The notes under the pieces were generated by a model. It made no database searches. It was given only the letters and a program-made list of their open reading frames with translations, and was not told where the DNA came from. Made by a program: the position numbers and the translations under genes. From assembly GCA_002269645.1 (NCBI GenBank), contig NIVC01004569.1:1-41763 (forward strand): DNA of 41,763 nt, read 5' to 3'. Below, one piece after another: positions 24,650 to 35,529 of this stretch (position 1 is the first letter of the stretch; each line of letters opens with the position of its first letter). This stretch comes from Macrostomum lignano. Its lineage: Eukaryota.

Positions 24650-24750
24650 AAAAAGAAGATATTGGCAGCAGTTTAAGATAATGACCTCGGTCACCACGGC
24701 AAATCAAACCGTGGCTGTTTTCATGGTAAATTATGCTCGTATTCCGCTAG

Positions 24751-25618
24751 CTGAGGTCATGACCCTATGATTAACAATGGCAACTGAGGTCATGACCCTA
24801 TGATTAACAATCGCAACTGAGGTCATGACCCTATGATTAACAATCGCAACTGAGGTCATGACCCTATGATTAACAATCGCAACTGAGGTCATGACCCTAT
24901 GATTAACAATCGCAACTGAGGTTATGACCCTATGATTAACAATCGCAACTGAGGTTATGACCCTATGATTAACAATCGCAACTGAGGTCATGACCCTATG
25001 ATTAACAATCGCAACTGAGGTTATGACCCCATGATTAACAATGGCAACTGAGGTCATGACCCCATGATTAACAATGGCAACTGAGGTTATGACCCTATGA
25101 TTAACAATGGCAACTGAGGTCATGACCCTATGATTAACAATGGCAACTGAGGTCATGACCCTATGATTAACAATCGCAACTGAGGTCATGACCCTATGAT
25201 TAACAATCGCAACTGAGGTTATGACCCTATGATTAACAATGGCAACTGAGGTCATGACCCTATGATTAACAATCGCAACTGAGGTTATGACCCCATGATT
25301 AACAATGGCAACTGAGGTTATGACCCTATGATTAACAATGGCAACTGAGGTCATGACCCTATGATTAACAATCGCAACTGAGGTCATGACCCTATGATTA
25401 ACAATCGCAACTGAGGTTATGACCCTATGATTAACAATGGCAACTGAGGTCATGACCCTATGATTAACAATCGCAACTGAGGTCATGACCCTATGATTAA
25501 CAATCGCAACTGAGGTCATGACCCTATGATTAACAATTGCAACTGAGGTCATGACCCTATGATTAACAATCGCAACTGAGGTCATGACCCTATGATTAAC
25601 AATCGCAACTGAGGTCAT
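24751..25618. repeat. 33-bp minisatellite CTGAGGTCATGACCCTATGATTAACAATCGCAA, ~26 copies
   Basis: Direct reading; 26 MTSVAIVNHRV-type units in the ORF track. Confidence 0.97.
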
Positions 25619-25715
25619 ATATTCAAGCAGAAGAATCTGGGATCTGGAGTTTCCTACATCTTTTTCACAAGATCGAACTGGTTTAACCGCAGCTGCCGCC
25701 ATCCCGCTCCCTACA

Positions 25716-26492
25716 ATGCAGATCTCATCAAGCAAGCGCCAGAAGCGGCAGCAACAGGAGCAGGAGCAGCGGGTGTCAGACGAGCAAGCCGCCGAACAGG
25801 AGCCAATGGAACTGTCGCTCAACAGTCTGGAAGCTGAGTGCGCCATCTGCTGTTGCGGCATCGACACTGAAGCCGGCGTGCCAAATGGTTGCTGTCACAG
25901 CTTCTGTTTCGACTGCCTGAAGGAATGGGTGGTCAACAATGCCAGCTGCCCGATGGACCGGCGGCCGGTGAACTTTATCTACAAGCGCCAGCCAGGCTCG
26001 CAGGCCTTCACTGGGCGGCACCGGGTGTTCCTGCGGAACAGTCGCGACGCCTGCCAGGGCGGCTACTGCGGCCCGTTGGAGTCGCCGCCTGGGGAGCCGC
26101 ACTTCTCTGAGCCTGGCGGCGGCGGCGGCGGCTGGTTCAGTTCGGCCAGACTCGAACCCAGCGCCCCTCCGGCCTCCAGCTTTGACAATAACGACAGAAG
26201 CAACAATGCCAACGCGAATGCCTCGGCGGCTAGAAGCGGCGGAGATGTATCAGCGCTGTTCGCGTTCGTAGCAGCCGTACTGTTGGCCATTGTCATCTTC
26301 GCGTTCTTCCGCAGATACGGAGCTTCGCCGAATCCGGTGCCGACTCCTGCTCCGCCACCGGCTGCCGAATCCGGTAGCTCAGTAGCCAATCTGATTCAGT
26401 TTGTTGTCCTAGTGGTGGTGCTGTACCTCACCGCCCAGCTTTGCCTGACGAGCAGTCAGACTAATACTAGAGCAGTGCCGGGTCGGGCTTGA
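25716..26492 (+). CDS. RING-HC (C3HC3D) protein with two C-terminal transmembrane helices, putative membrane E3 ligase; possibly exon B from 25722
   Basis: CAIC-x13-C-x-H-x2-C-x2-C-x10-CPMDR, resembling PHRF1/SCAF11-type RINGs (HxFCxDCxxEW...CPxDR); hydrophobic segments ALFAFVAAVLLAIVIFAFF and LIQFVVLVVVLYLTAQLCL. Confidence 0.8.
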   Translation: MQISSSKRQKRQQQEQEQRVSDEQAAEQEPMELSLNSLEAECAICCCGIDTEAGVPNGCCHSFCFDCLKEWVVNNASCPMDRRPVNFIYKRQPGSQAFTGRHRVFLRNSRDACQGGYCGPLESPPGEPHFSEPGGGGGGWFSSARLEPSAPPASSFDNNDRSNNANANASAARSGGDVSALFAFVAAVLLAIVIFAFFRRYGASPNPVPTPAPPPAAESGSSVANLIQFVVLVVVLYLTAQLCLTSSQTNTRAVPGRA

Positions 26493-26723
26493 GGGGACGA
26501 CTGTTGGCTGCGATAATTCCACTTCCGTAATGAATATGGCCCTTGTAGCTAGTTCCTGCTGTTCCTGCTGTCCTGCTGCGTGTTGTCTGGGCGGGAGTTT
26601 TAATTATATAATCTCATTATTCTCTCTGATCTCAAGTAGTAATTGATGACATTCACAAGTTTGAAATTTTTCATTCGTATGTACACGCATCTGAATTATT
26701 GCGTGATTGTGATTTACAATTGT

Positions 26724-28148
26724 TGAATCCCAGAATTCTAACCCACAGTCTGAGAACCCCGAATCCTTAAATCCCAACCCTGATCCTAAATCCCAGAATG
26801 CTGATCCCAAATCCTTGAATCCTGATCCCGAATCCTTGAATCCCAACCCCGATCCCGGAATCCTGATCCCAAATTCCAGAATCCTGATTCCAAATCCCGG
26901 AATCCTGATTAACTGATTCCCAATCCCAAAATCCTGATCCCAAATCCCAGAATCCTGATTCCAAATCTCGGAATCCTAATTGACTGATTCCCAATCCCAG
27001 AATCCGGATCCCAAATCCCAGAATCCTGATCCCAAATCCTTGAATCCTGATCCCAAATCCTTGAATCCTGATCCCAAATCCTTGAATCTTGAACCCAAAT
27101 CCCGGAATCCTGATCCCTGATCCCAAATCCTTGAATCTTGAACCAAAATCCCGGAATCCTGATTCCAAATCCCGGAATCCTGAATGACTGATTCCCAATC
27201 CCAGAATCCTGATCCCAAATCCCAGAATCCTGATTAACAAATCCCGGAATCCGGAATGACTGATTCCCAATCCCAGAATCCTGATCCCGGAATCCTGATC
27301 CCAGAATCCTGATCCCAGAATCCTGATCCCAGAATCCTGATCCCAGAATCCTGATCCCAAATCCCAGAATCCTGATTCCAAATCCCGGAATCCTGATTGA
27401 CTGATTCCTAATCCCAGAATCCTGATCCCAAATCCCAGAATCCTGATCCCAAATCCCAGAATCCTGATCCCAAATCCTTGAATCTTGAACCAAAATCCCG
27501 GAATCCTGATTCCAAATCCCGGAATCCTGAATGACTGATTCCCAATCCCAGAATCCTGATCCCAAATCCCAGAATCCTGATTAACAAATCCCGGAATCCG
27601 GAATGACTGATTCCCAATCCCAGAATCCTGATCCCGGAATCCTGATCCCAGAATCCTGATCCCAGAATCCTGATCCCAGAATCCTGATCCCAGAATCCTG
27701 ATCCCAGAATCCTGATCCCAGAATCCTGATCCCAAATCCCAGAATCCTGATTCCAAATCCCGGAATCCTGATTGACTGATTCCTAATCCCAGAATCCTGA
27801 TCCCAAATCCCAGAATCCTGATCCCAAATCCCAGAATCCTGATCCCAAATCCTTGAATCTTGAACCCAAATCCCGGAATCCTAATTCCAAATCCCGGAAT
27901 CCTGAATGACTGATTCCCAATCCCAGAATCCTGATCCCAAATCCCAGAATCCTGATCCCAAATCCCAGAATCCTGATCCTAAATCCTTGAATCTTGAACC
28001 CAAATCCTTAAATATTGATCCCAAATCCTTGAATCTTGATCCCAAATCCTTGAATCCTGATCCCAAATCCCAGAATCCTGATCCCAAATCCCAAAATCAT
28101 GATCCCTTATCCCAGAATCCTGATCCCAAATCCCAGAATCCTGATCCA
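26724..28148. repeat. 7-bp-based complex satellite (GAATCCT GATCCCA AATCCCA)
   Basis: Direct reading. Confidence 0.95.
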
Positions 28149-28767
28149 GCATGCATGCCAAAATCTAGACCCCGAACTCGTGAAATTACTTTCTCAGACA
28201 CGTCAGTCTGTAATGCATATCCCCAATCCGGATCAGAGTATGTTTATTCCGACCAAGAATGTTTATTTTGATAGCCTAGATAATTATTTCGTGAGTTTTT
28301 AGAATTTTACTATTCCATACCATTTGCCTTGTGTTAGCAAGTGGTTTCTCCATTAACAGTATAATTATAGAATGTTAATTGCCTTTCAATTTCCTTTTTT
28401 AACGATAGCGGTACCGTATGCGGCTTAAAAAACGCAACAACATGTGTGCCTACTTTTGCGTTAAAAATTTATGAAACGATTTTAATGCTAGTGTATTTTC
28501 GCTATCTTTATTACTCGTAAAAGTAAAAAATGTAGTTATTGCTTCAAAATACTACTTACGAGTACACAATGATTGTAAACACAGAAGTTGTTTGGAAGGA
28601 AAATATATTTGACAAGAAAACTGCCTATTTTTTAAGCATTCAAAGAAAACGTCGCCAAAACGCTATTAAGATGGATTTTACGTAGTTTTTGGGAATTGTA
28701 CTTTCGATTTTTGTGGGAGTTACAATTCAACTATTCGCTGAGAATTAGGCTGGCGGCACAAGTCAAA

Positions 28768-29340
28768 ATCGAGGTACATTGAGCGAGGCAGAGTGGCTTG
28801 AATTAGTAGGGCAGGAGGCAAAATTGATGTACATTGGGCGAGGTGGGTGGCTTGAACTGGCGGGGCAGAAAGAGCCAAAATTGATGTACATTGGGCGAGG
28901 TGGGGTGGCTTGAACTGGCGGGACAGAGAGCCAAAATTGATGTACATTGAGCGAGGTGGGTGGCTTGAACTGGAGGGGCAGAGAGCGCCACAATCGATGT
29001 ACATTGGGCGAGGTGGGGTGGCTTGGACTGGCGGGGCAGAGAGCCAAAATTGATGTACATTGGGCGAGGTGGGGTGGCTTGAACTGGCTGGGCAGAGAGC
29101 CAAAATTGATGTACATTGGGCGAGGTGGGGTGGCTTGAACTGGCGGGGCAGAAAGAGCCAAAATTGATGTCCATTGGGCGAGGTGGGGTGGCTTGAACTG
29201 GCGGGACAGAGAGCCAAAATTGATGTACATTGAGCGAGGTGGGTGGCTTGAACTGGAGGGGCAGAGAGCGCCACAATCGATGTACATTGGGCGAGGTGGG
29301 GTGGCTTGGACTGGCGGGGCAGAGAGCGTCACAATCGATG
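28768..29340. repeat. 56-58-bp minisatellite AAAATTGATGTACATTGGGCGAGGTGGGGTGGCTTGAACTGGCGGGGCAGAGAGCC, ~10 copies
   Basis: Direct reading; variant pattern repeats with a ~283-bp period. Confidence 0.94.
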
Positions 29341-29632
29341 AGCATTCAGCTAAAATAAACAAAAAATATTTTGTTTCGTAATGGTTTCGAGATTGGCAAT
29401 CAACAGAATTAATTACGAGCTATTATATTCTTGCCCCCGAAATTTTCCCAGCGAGCGCATAAAAATACATTGCATGCTTTTTCCTCTCCCTCTTAATCTG
29501 CTCTAAGCTCGTAACATTAGATTCGCAGCCTCTTTGGATCTTGGAACCTGGTTTCCCCGATTCTCGTTTCCGCGAGATGCTCCCAAACAGACTATTTGTG
29601 CATCCGCAGTAAGCCAGTCAGTCTCCAAGGAA

Positions 29633-29875
29633 CCAATGGCAAACCGATTTTGGCTTCTTGCGCAGCTGCCCACCCACCCCCTGCCAGTAACGAGCCTATA
29701 AAATGGAACGCTTCATCTCTGGCAGCTGGAAGTGCCCGCCTCCACAATCTAACTATATTCCCTGATCGCTGCAGTGAAGCAAGGTACTAAGCAATAAAGG
29801 TAAGAGTAAGCAATGTACTATTGCAGTATGTAAGCAGCACGAGTGAGATGATGCCGATTCCAAACCCCGTTGCAG
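29633..29875 (+). promoter_or_regulatory. Promoter and 5'UTR intron of precursor A
   Basis: CCAAT 29633-29637, TATAAAA 29697-29703, donor AAG|GTAAGA at 29800, acceptor CGTTGCAG| at 29875. Confidence 0.6.
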
Positions 29876-29903
29876 ACTCATCAACTTCGACCAAACACTG
29901 GCA

Positions 29904-30197
29904 ATGTCCCCGATCTTGCTAGCCATCCTGCTGATTGCGGCTGTGTCCTCGGCGTCGGCGATGCCACCGCATAACCGCCGGCGGGAGAACTTGTCGGACG
30001 AGCTCATGAAGTTTGCGACGGCGGCGGCCGCTGCTGCTGCTGGCCCGCCGGACGCCTTGGACGAGCTGGTGGAGCCGCTGGCCGCCGCTGAAGGTGAACC
30101 TCGCCATCGTGGCAGCCGGTTGTCACCGTTCTTGAGCAAGAGGCACAGTCTGCAGTCGATTCTGTACAAGCTGGGCCACTTCAAAAGTGGCAAATGA
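29904..30197 (+). CDS. Small secreted peptide precursor (prohormone-like), 97 aa, paralogue A
   Basis: Signal peptide MSPILLAILLIAAVSSASA; basic sites RRR and KR; C-terminal KR-HSLQSILYKLGHFKS-GK-stop (amidation signal); upstream CCAAT, TATA and 5'UTR intron. Confidence 0.8.
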   Translation: MSPILLAILLIAAVSSASAMPPHNRRRENLSDELMKFATAAAAAAAGPPDALDELVEPLAAAEGEPRHRGSRLSPFLSKRHSLQSILYKLGHFKSGK

Positions 30198-30412
30198 TGG
30201 CCCAATGGCCTTCAGCAGCTGACTAGACAAGCACAGACTCCATGCGATTGAAACATTCGAAAATATATATTTTTTTTAAATCGAAAGTTTGCTGTGGTAC
30301 ATCTTTGTGACTTTCGATTTTTAAATTACACTCGTCTTTTATGATGTAATTGTTTGATTTACGAGAGTAATATCAAGAAATGGGTTACTTTATGATAACT
30401 ACTGAGTGTGGA

Positions 30413-31042
30413 GGGCTCACTGTAGCTTCAGAAAGTCGCAGTGGGCGTCACTGAAGCATCAGGAAGTCGCAGTGGAGGTCACTGAAGCATCAGAAAGTCG
30501 CAGTGGATGGATCACTGAAGCATCAGGGAATCAAAATGGGGTCACTGAAGCATCAGAAAGTCGCAGTGGGGGTCACTGAGCACCAGGGAATCAAAATGGG
30601 GTCACTGAAGCACCAGGAAATCAAAATGGGGTCACTGAAGCATCAGAAAGTCGCAGTGGGGGTCACTGAGCACCAGGGAATCAAAATGGGGTCACTGAAG
30701 CACCAGGAAATCAAAATGGGGTCACTGAAGCATCAGGAAATCAAAATGGGGTCACTGAAGCACCAGGAAATCAAAATGGGGTCACTGAAGCATCAGGAAA
30801 TCAAAATGGGGTCACTGAAGCATCAGAAAGTCGCAGTGGGGGTCACTGAAGCATCAGAAAGCCGCACTGGGGGGTCACTGAAGCATCAGAAAGCCGCACT
30901 GGGGGTCACTGAAGCATCAGAAAGCCGCACTGGGGGGTCACTGAAGCATCAGAAAGCCGCACTGGGGGTCACTGAAGCATCAGAAAGCCGCACTGGGGGG
31001 TCACTGAAGCATCAGAAAGCCGCAGTAAGAGGTTACTGAAGC
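30413..31042. repeat. ~29-30-bp minisatellite with GGGGTCACTGAAGCA core, between the two precursor genes
   Basis: Three tail variants: TCAGAAAGTCGCAGT, CCAGGAAATCAAAAT, TCAGAAAGCCGCACT. Confidence 0.94.
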
Positions 31043-31761
31043 GTTGGAGGCGGTAGCGACAAAATTATTATCCGAGGTAAAATCCATAAATTTTGCTGCC
31101 GACGCTGAATTTAAAATTATTTTTAGACGCGAGACAATTCCCTCGCGCTGATATGCGATCCCGTGGATCCGCAGAAATTGAGACAGCTACGCCCCAGAAC
31201 ATGACTCTGCCCCGTGTCTTAATGAAGATTGTTGCCAACCCCCCTGCCAGAAAACAATTAGCAGTCCGATTTAATCAGTGTTGGATTTCAGGCGTCTCAG
31301 AATTTTAATAATTCGAGTAATTGGAGTTTATCTCACCTGCTGGGAGACACAACAGGTGAGCGCGTGGGAGGACAGCTCCATTCTTATTCGTCCACTGTTC
31401 CTTCGGCCTCCACGAAATCAATTTATTACATGCGAAGCTTTTCTCATCTTTCCTGATTTTTGTTTTAACATTTAACTGTTTCCCTACTGCTGTACTGCAT
31501 CCAGGAGGCGATGGCATGGTGATCTGGGTGTGTAGTATCGGCGGCACTGCTGTGGAGACGTTCTGTGGGGAAACGGTTGCTCAAATACTAACTTATTTTA
31601 TAAATCATTATGCATTCTCATGTGATGGAAATTCGGAGAGTGATTCCAGTCGACATTGGGAATGAAGAATGAAAAGTGAGCCATTAAATTTCTCAGGGCA
31701 GTCAAGCTCTATCAGATTGCTTTTTCTGTGAGTTCTAAAATTAGCTGCATAGTTGATGCAG

Positions 31762-31977
31762 CCAATCATGAGATCTGAGGAGCTGTTCGACATCTCAACT
31801 ATCAATATTTAAAGCAAACTCACCCAGCTTAAATATTCTCTTAAGGCCCTCAAAAAATCTCCACACTAAAAACTGGGAGACTTCGAAATCCGGTAAGTTG
31901 GCTTCGAGATTCCCCCCCCCAGAGTTTTTCATACTTTTGAAGCAGGCTCAAACTCGGATGCACTGATTCCGTTCCAG
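31762..31977 (+). promoter_or_regulatory. Promoter and 5'UTR intron of precursor B
   Basis: CCAAT 31762-31766, TATTTAAA 31806-31813, donor CG|GTAAGT at 31893, acceptor CGTTCCAG| at 31977. Confidence 0.5.
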
Positions 31978-32007
31978 AGCTTCATCAAGAACCAAGCAAC
32001 AAGCACA

Positions 32008-32288
32008 ATGGCTGCCTCTCTCTCGTTGAAGCCGACAGCTCTGCTGCTGCTGGTACTGCTTTCGGTGGCATCGGGAGCCAACTCTGCTGACAACCCTCTG
32101 GAGGGGCTGGTGAATTTCTGCCGTCAAATCTGCGAACAGGAGCGGCTGTCAGCTGACAGCCTTTGGCAGCCTCAGCCTCAGCCGAGGCCAGTGAGCCTCA
32201 GCCGGAGAACGCCGAGTCTTCAAGCCATCTTTACAAGCTGGGCCATCCGCCGGAATCCAGCAAGGACAAGAAGCAGCAATTCTTCTGA
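32008..32288 (+). CDS. Small secreted peptide precursor, paralogue B, about 93 aa after correcting a 1-nt frameshift at ~32228-32232 (sequencing error or pseudogene)
   Basis: Signal peptide MAASLSLKPTALLLLVLLSVASG; LSRR-TPSLQAI, then in the shifted frame YKLGHPPESSKDKKQQFF-stop (TGA 32286-32288); TACAAGCTGGGCCA is identical to paralogue A; AATAAA at 32374-32379. Confidence 0.7.
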
Positions 32289-32701
32289 TTTCTGCCTCAG
32301 AACTTCGACTTTTGATTTAGATTGTTTTGGCAGTCGAATCGTAGAACTTGGATTTTTTGAAGAACAAAATTTAAATAAAAGCCCCATCGGCGGGAGAAGG
32401 TGGCTGACTGTTACGAATCGCATGGTTCCAACGACTTATATTCATTTTTATTGACAAAAGTTCCAATTACTCTACTGATCAGTAGTCAGTTAATGCCGCT
32501 ATTCTTCAAGTAATAATTTTGAATACTTGGAATAATAGATGAATGCCAGCATATTTCAGTAAAAGCTGCTACACCGAATAATTTGCAACGCGAAGAAGAT
32601 TCAATCTGTTCTGCATCGCTCAGCCTCACAAGCAAATATTCTAATAGAGTATTGCCTACTTTAGGACGCTTGTGTCATAACTGAGAATTATGACAATCAT
32701 A

Positions 32702-33144
32702 CCGCTTCCGCTCCCGCTTCCGCTCCCGCTTCCGCTCCCGCTTCCGCTCCCGCTTCCGCTCCCGCTTCCGCTCCCGCTTCCGCTCCCGCTTCCGCTCCCG
32801 CTTCCGCTCCCGCTTCCGCTCCCGCTTCCGCTCCCGCTTCCGCTCCCGCTTCCGCTCCCGCTTCCGCTCCCGCTTCCGCTCCCGCTTCCGCTCCCGCTTC
32901 CGCTCCCGCTTCCGCTCCCGCTTCCGCTCCCGCTTCCGCTCCCGCTTCCGCTCTCGCTTCCGCTCTCGCTTCCGCTCTCGCTTCCGCTCTCGCTTCCGCT
33001 CCCGCTTCCGCTCCCGCTTCCGCTCTCGCTTCCGCTCTCGCTTCCGCTCTCGCTTCCGCTCTCGCTTCCGCTCTCGCTTCCGCTCTCGCTTCCGCTCTCG
33101 CTTCCGCTCTCGCTTCCGCTCTCGCTTCCGCTCTCGCTTCCGCT
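32702..33144. repeat. 12-bp repeat CCGCTTCCGCTC / TCGCTTCCGCTC
   Basis: Direct reading. Confidence 0.96.
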
Positions 33145-33685
33145 CTCATCTCCCTGTCTCTCATCTCCCTGTCTCTCATCTCCCTGTCTCTCATCTCCCT
33201 GTCTCTCATCTCCCTGTCTCTCATCTCCCTGTCTCTCATCTCCCTGTCTCTCATCTCCCTGTCTCTCATCTCCCTGTCTCTCATCTCCCTGTCTCTCATC
33301 TCCCTGTCTCTCATCTCCCTGTCTCTCATCTCCCTGTCTCTCATCTCCCTGTCTCTCATCTCCCTGTCTCTCATCTCCCTGTCTCTCATCTCCCTGTCTC
33401 TCATCTCCCTGTCTCTCATCTCCCTGTCTCTCATCTCCCTGTCTCTCATCTCCCTGTCTCTCATCTCCCTGTCTCTCATCTCCCTGTCTCTCATCTCCCT
33501 GTCTCTCATCTCCCTGTCTCTCATCTCCCTGTCTCTCATCTCCCTGTCTCTCATCTCCCTGTCTCTCATCTCCCTGTCTCTCATCTCCCTGTCTCTCATC
33601 TCCCTGTCTCTCATCTCCCTGTCTCTCATCTCCCTGTCTCTCATCTCCCTGTCTCTCATCTCCCTGTCTCTCATCTCCCTGTCTC
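33145..33685. repeat. 15-bp repeat CTCATCTCCCTGTCT, ~36 identical copies
   Basis: Direct reading. Confidence 0.97.
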
Positions 33686-34099
33686 CTTATCTCTTTCTCT
33701 CTCTTCTTGTGCAGCTCTCGAAATAGAATACTGTGTTCCCCTATCCCAGTTGCAAGACACGTGCATATTCAAGCCCTTTTGTGGATAGTTCACAACATCA
33801 GAAAATGGTAAACTATCACTGTTAAACCTAACCGCAGCTCCCTCCAACGAAGTGGCGTCTCCGCTTCACATTTTGAAGCTGTTAATAAACTGGATAAAAG
33901 AGAGAAGCCCAACTATATTGACACCATTTAGCTACCGCTTCCAGGCAGATGCTGATTTCGCGTATGCAAAACGCTGCTTAGGGATTTTGGTACATTAAAT
34001 AACCGGCTGTTAACGACTGGCACCCAAATTTAGCTGGGGAAAGAATGAGCTGAGCCATCTGAGCACTTCAATGTTCTGTTACTGTTGACATTGTGCGAA

Positions 34100-34856
<757 letters not shown>

Positions 34857-35309
34857 AAAAAGTGCAGCACGGGGCGCGCACTACAGTAGCTTCGTTCAGG
34901 CGTCCCAACTTACGTTTTTCACTTGGTTCGGTTTCAGATTCGGGCAGAGACACATTTGCGAGCTTCGGTGGAAGCGGCCTCTCAACCCCTCTCCAGCTCC
35001 CTTCAGCTGTCTCTCCTGCGTTCAGCTCGCGTCCGTCACATATTTTAATTTGTACGATTTGTTACACAAAAGTTTGGACTATCCTACTTATTAGTAGTCA
35101 GTGCGTAAATGCCATTATTCACCAAAATCATAATATTAAGATCCTGAATGTATTCATTTCAGTAATTCAATTAGCAATCCATGCACCGACATTGAGACTC
35201 AGAAGAGATGCTGAATCAGTTAGAAAACTTGGAAGGTTCTATCCACATATAGTTCTTCATCACTTAGCCTAGCGGAGTTTTCCAGCACTCACAGATACCA
35301 ACCGATTCA

Positions 35310-35321
35310 GGTGTGTGTGTG

Positions 35322-35361
<40 letters not shown>

Positions 35362-35367
35362 GTGTGT
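35310..35367. repeat. (GT)n dinucleotide microsatellite
   Basis: Direct reading. Confidence 0.95.
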
Positions 35368-35529
35368 GGCACTTCTTTGAATTCATTGATTAATCTGTTC
35401 TGCTCAATGTACCTGCTTGACCGGGACGTTCTTGAAAGCATACATTTCATACCGTACAGCCGTGAGCGATGCATACACCTCGCTCATAACTAACATCAGT
35501 ACAGCCACCTTCTTTTTTGTCCTGTCTGC

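Noticed and set aside
24731-25867. 378-aa ORF with MTSVAIVNHRV repeats
   Set aside because: Arises from the 33-bp array plus antisense of the RING exon; no independent coding evidence.
32289-32454. C-terminal extension of the 148-aa ORF
   Set aside because: Exists only because of the frameshift; runs through the poly(A) signal and AT-rich 3'UTR-like sequence.
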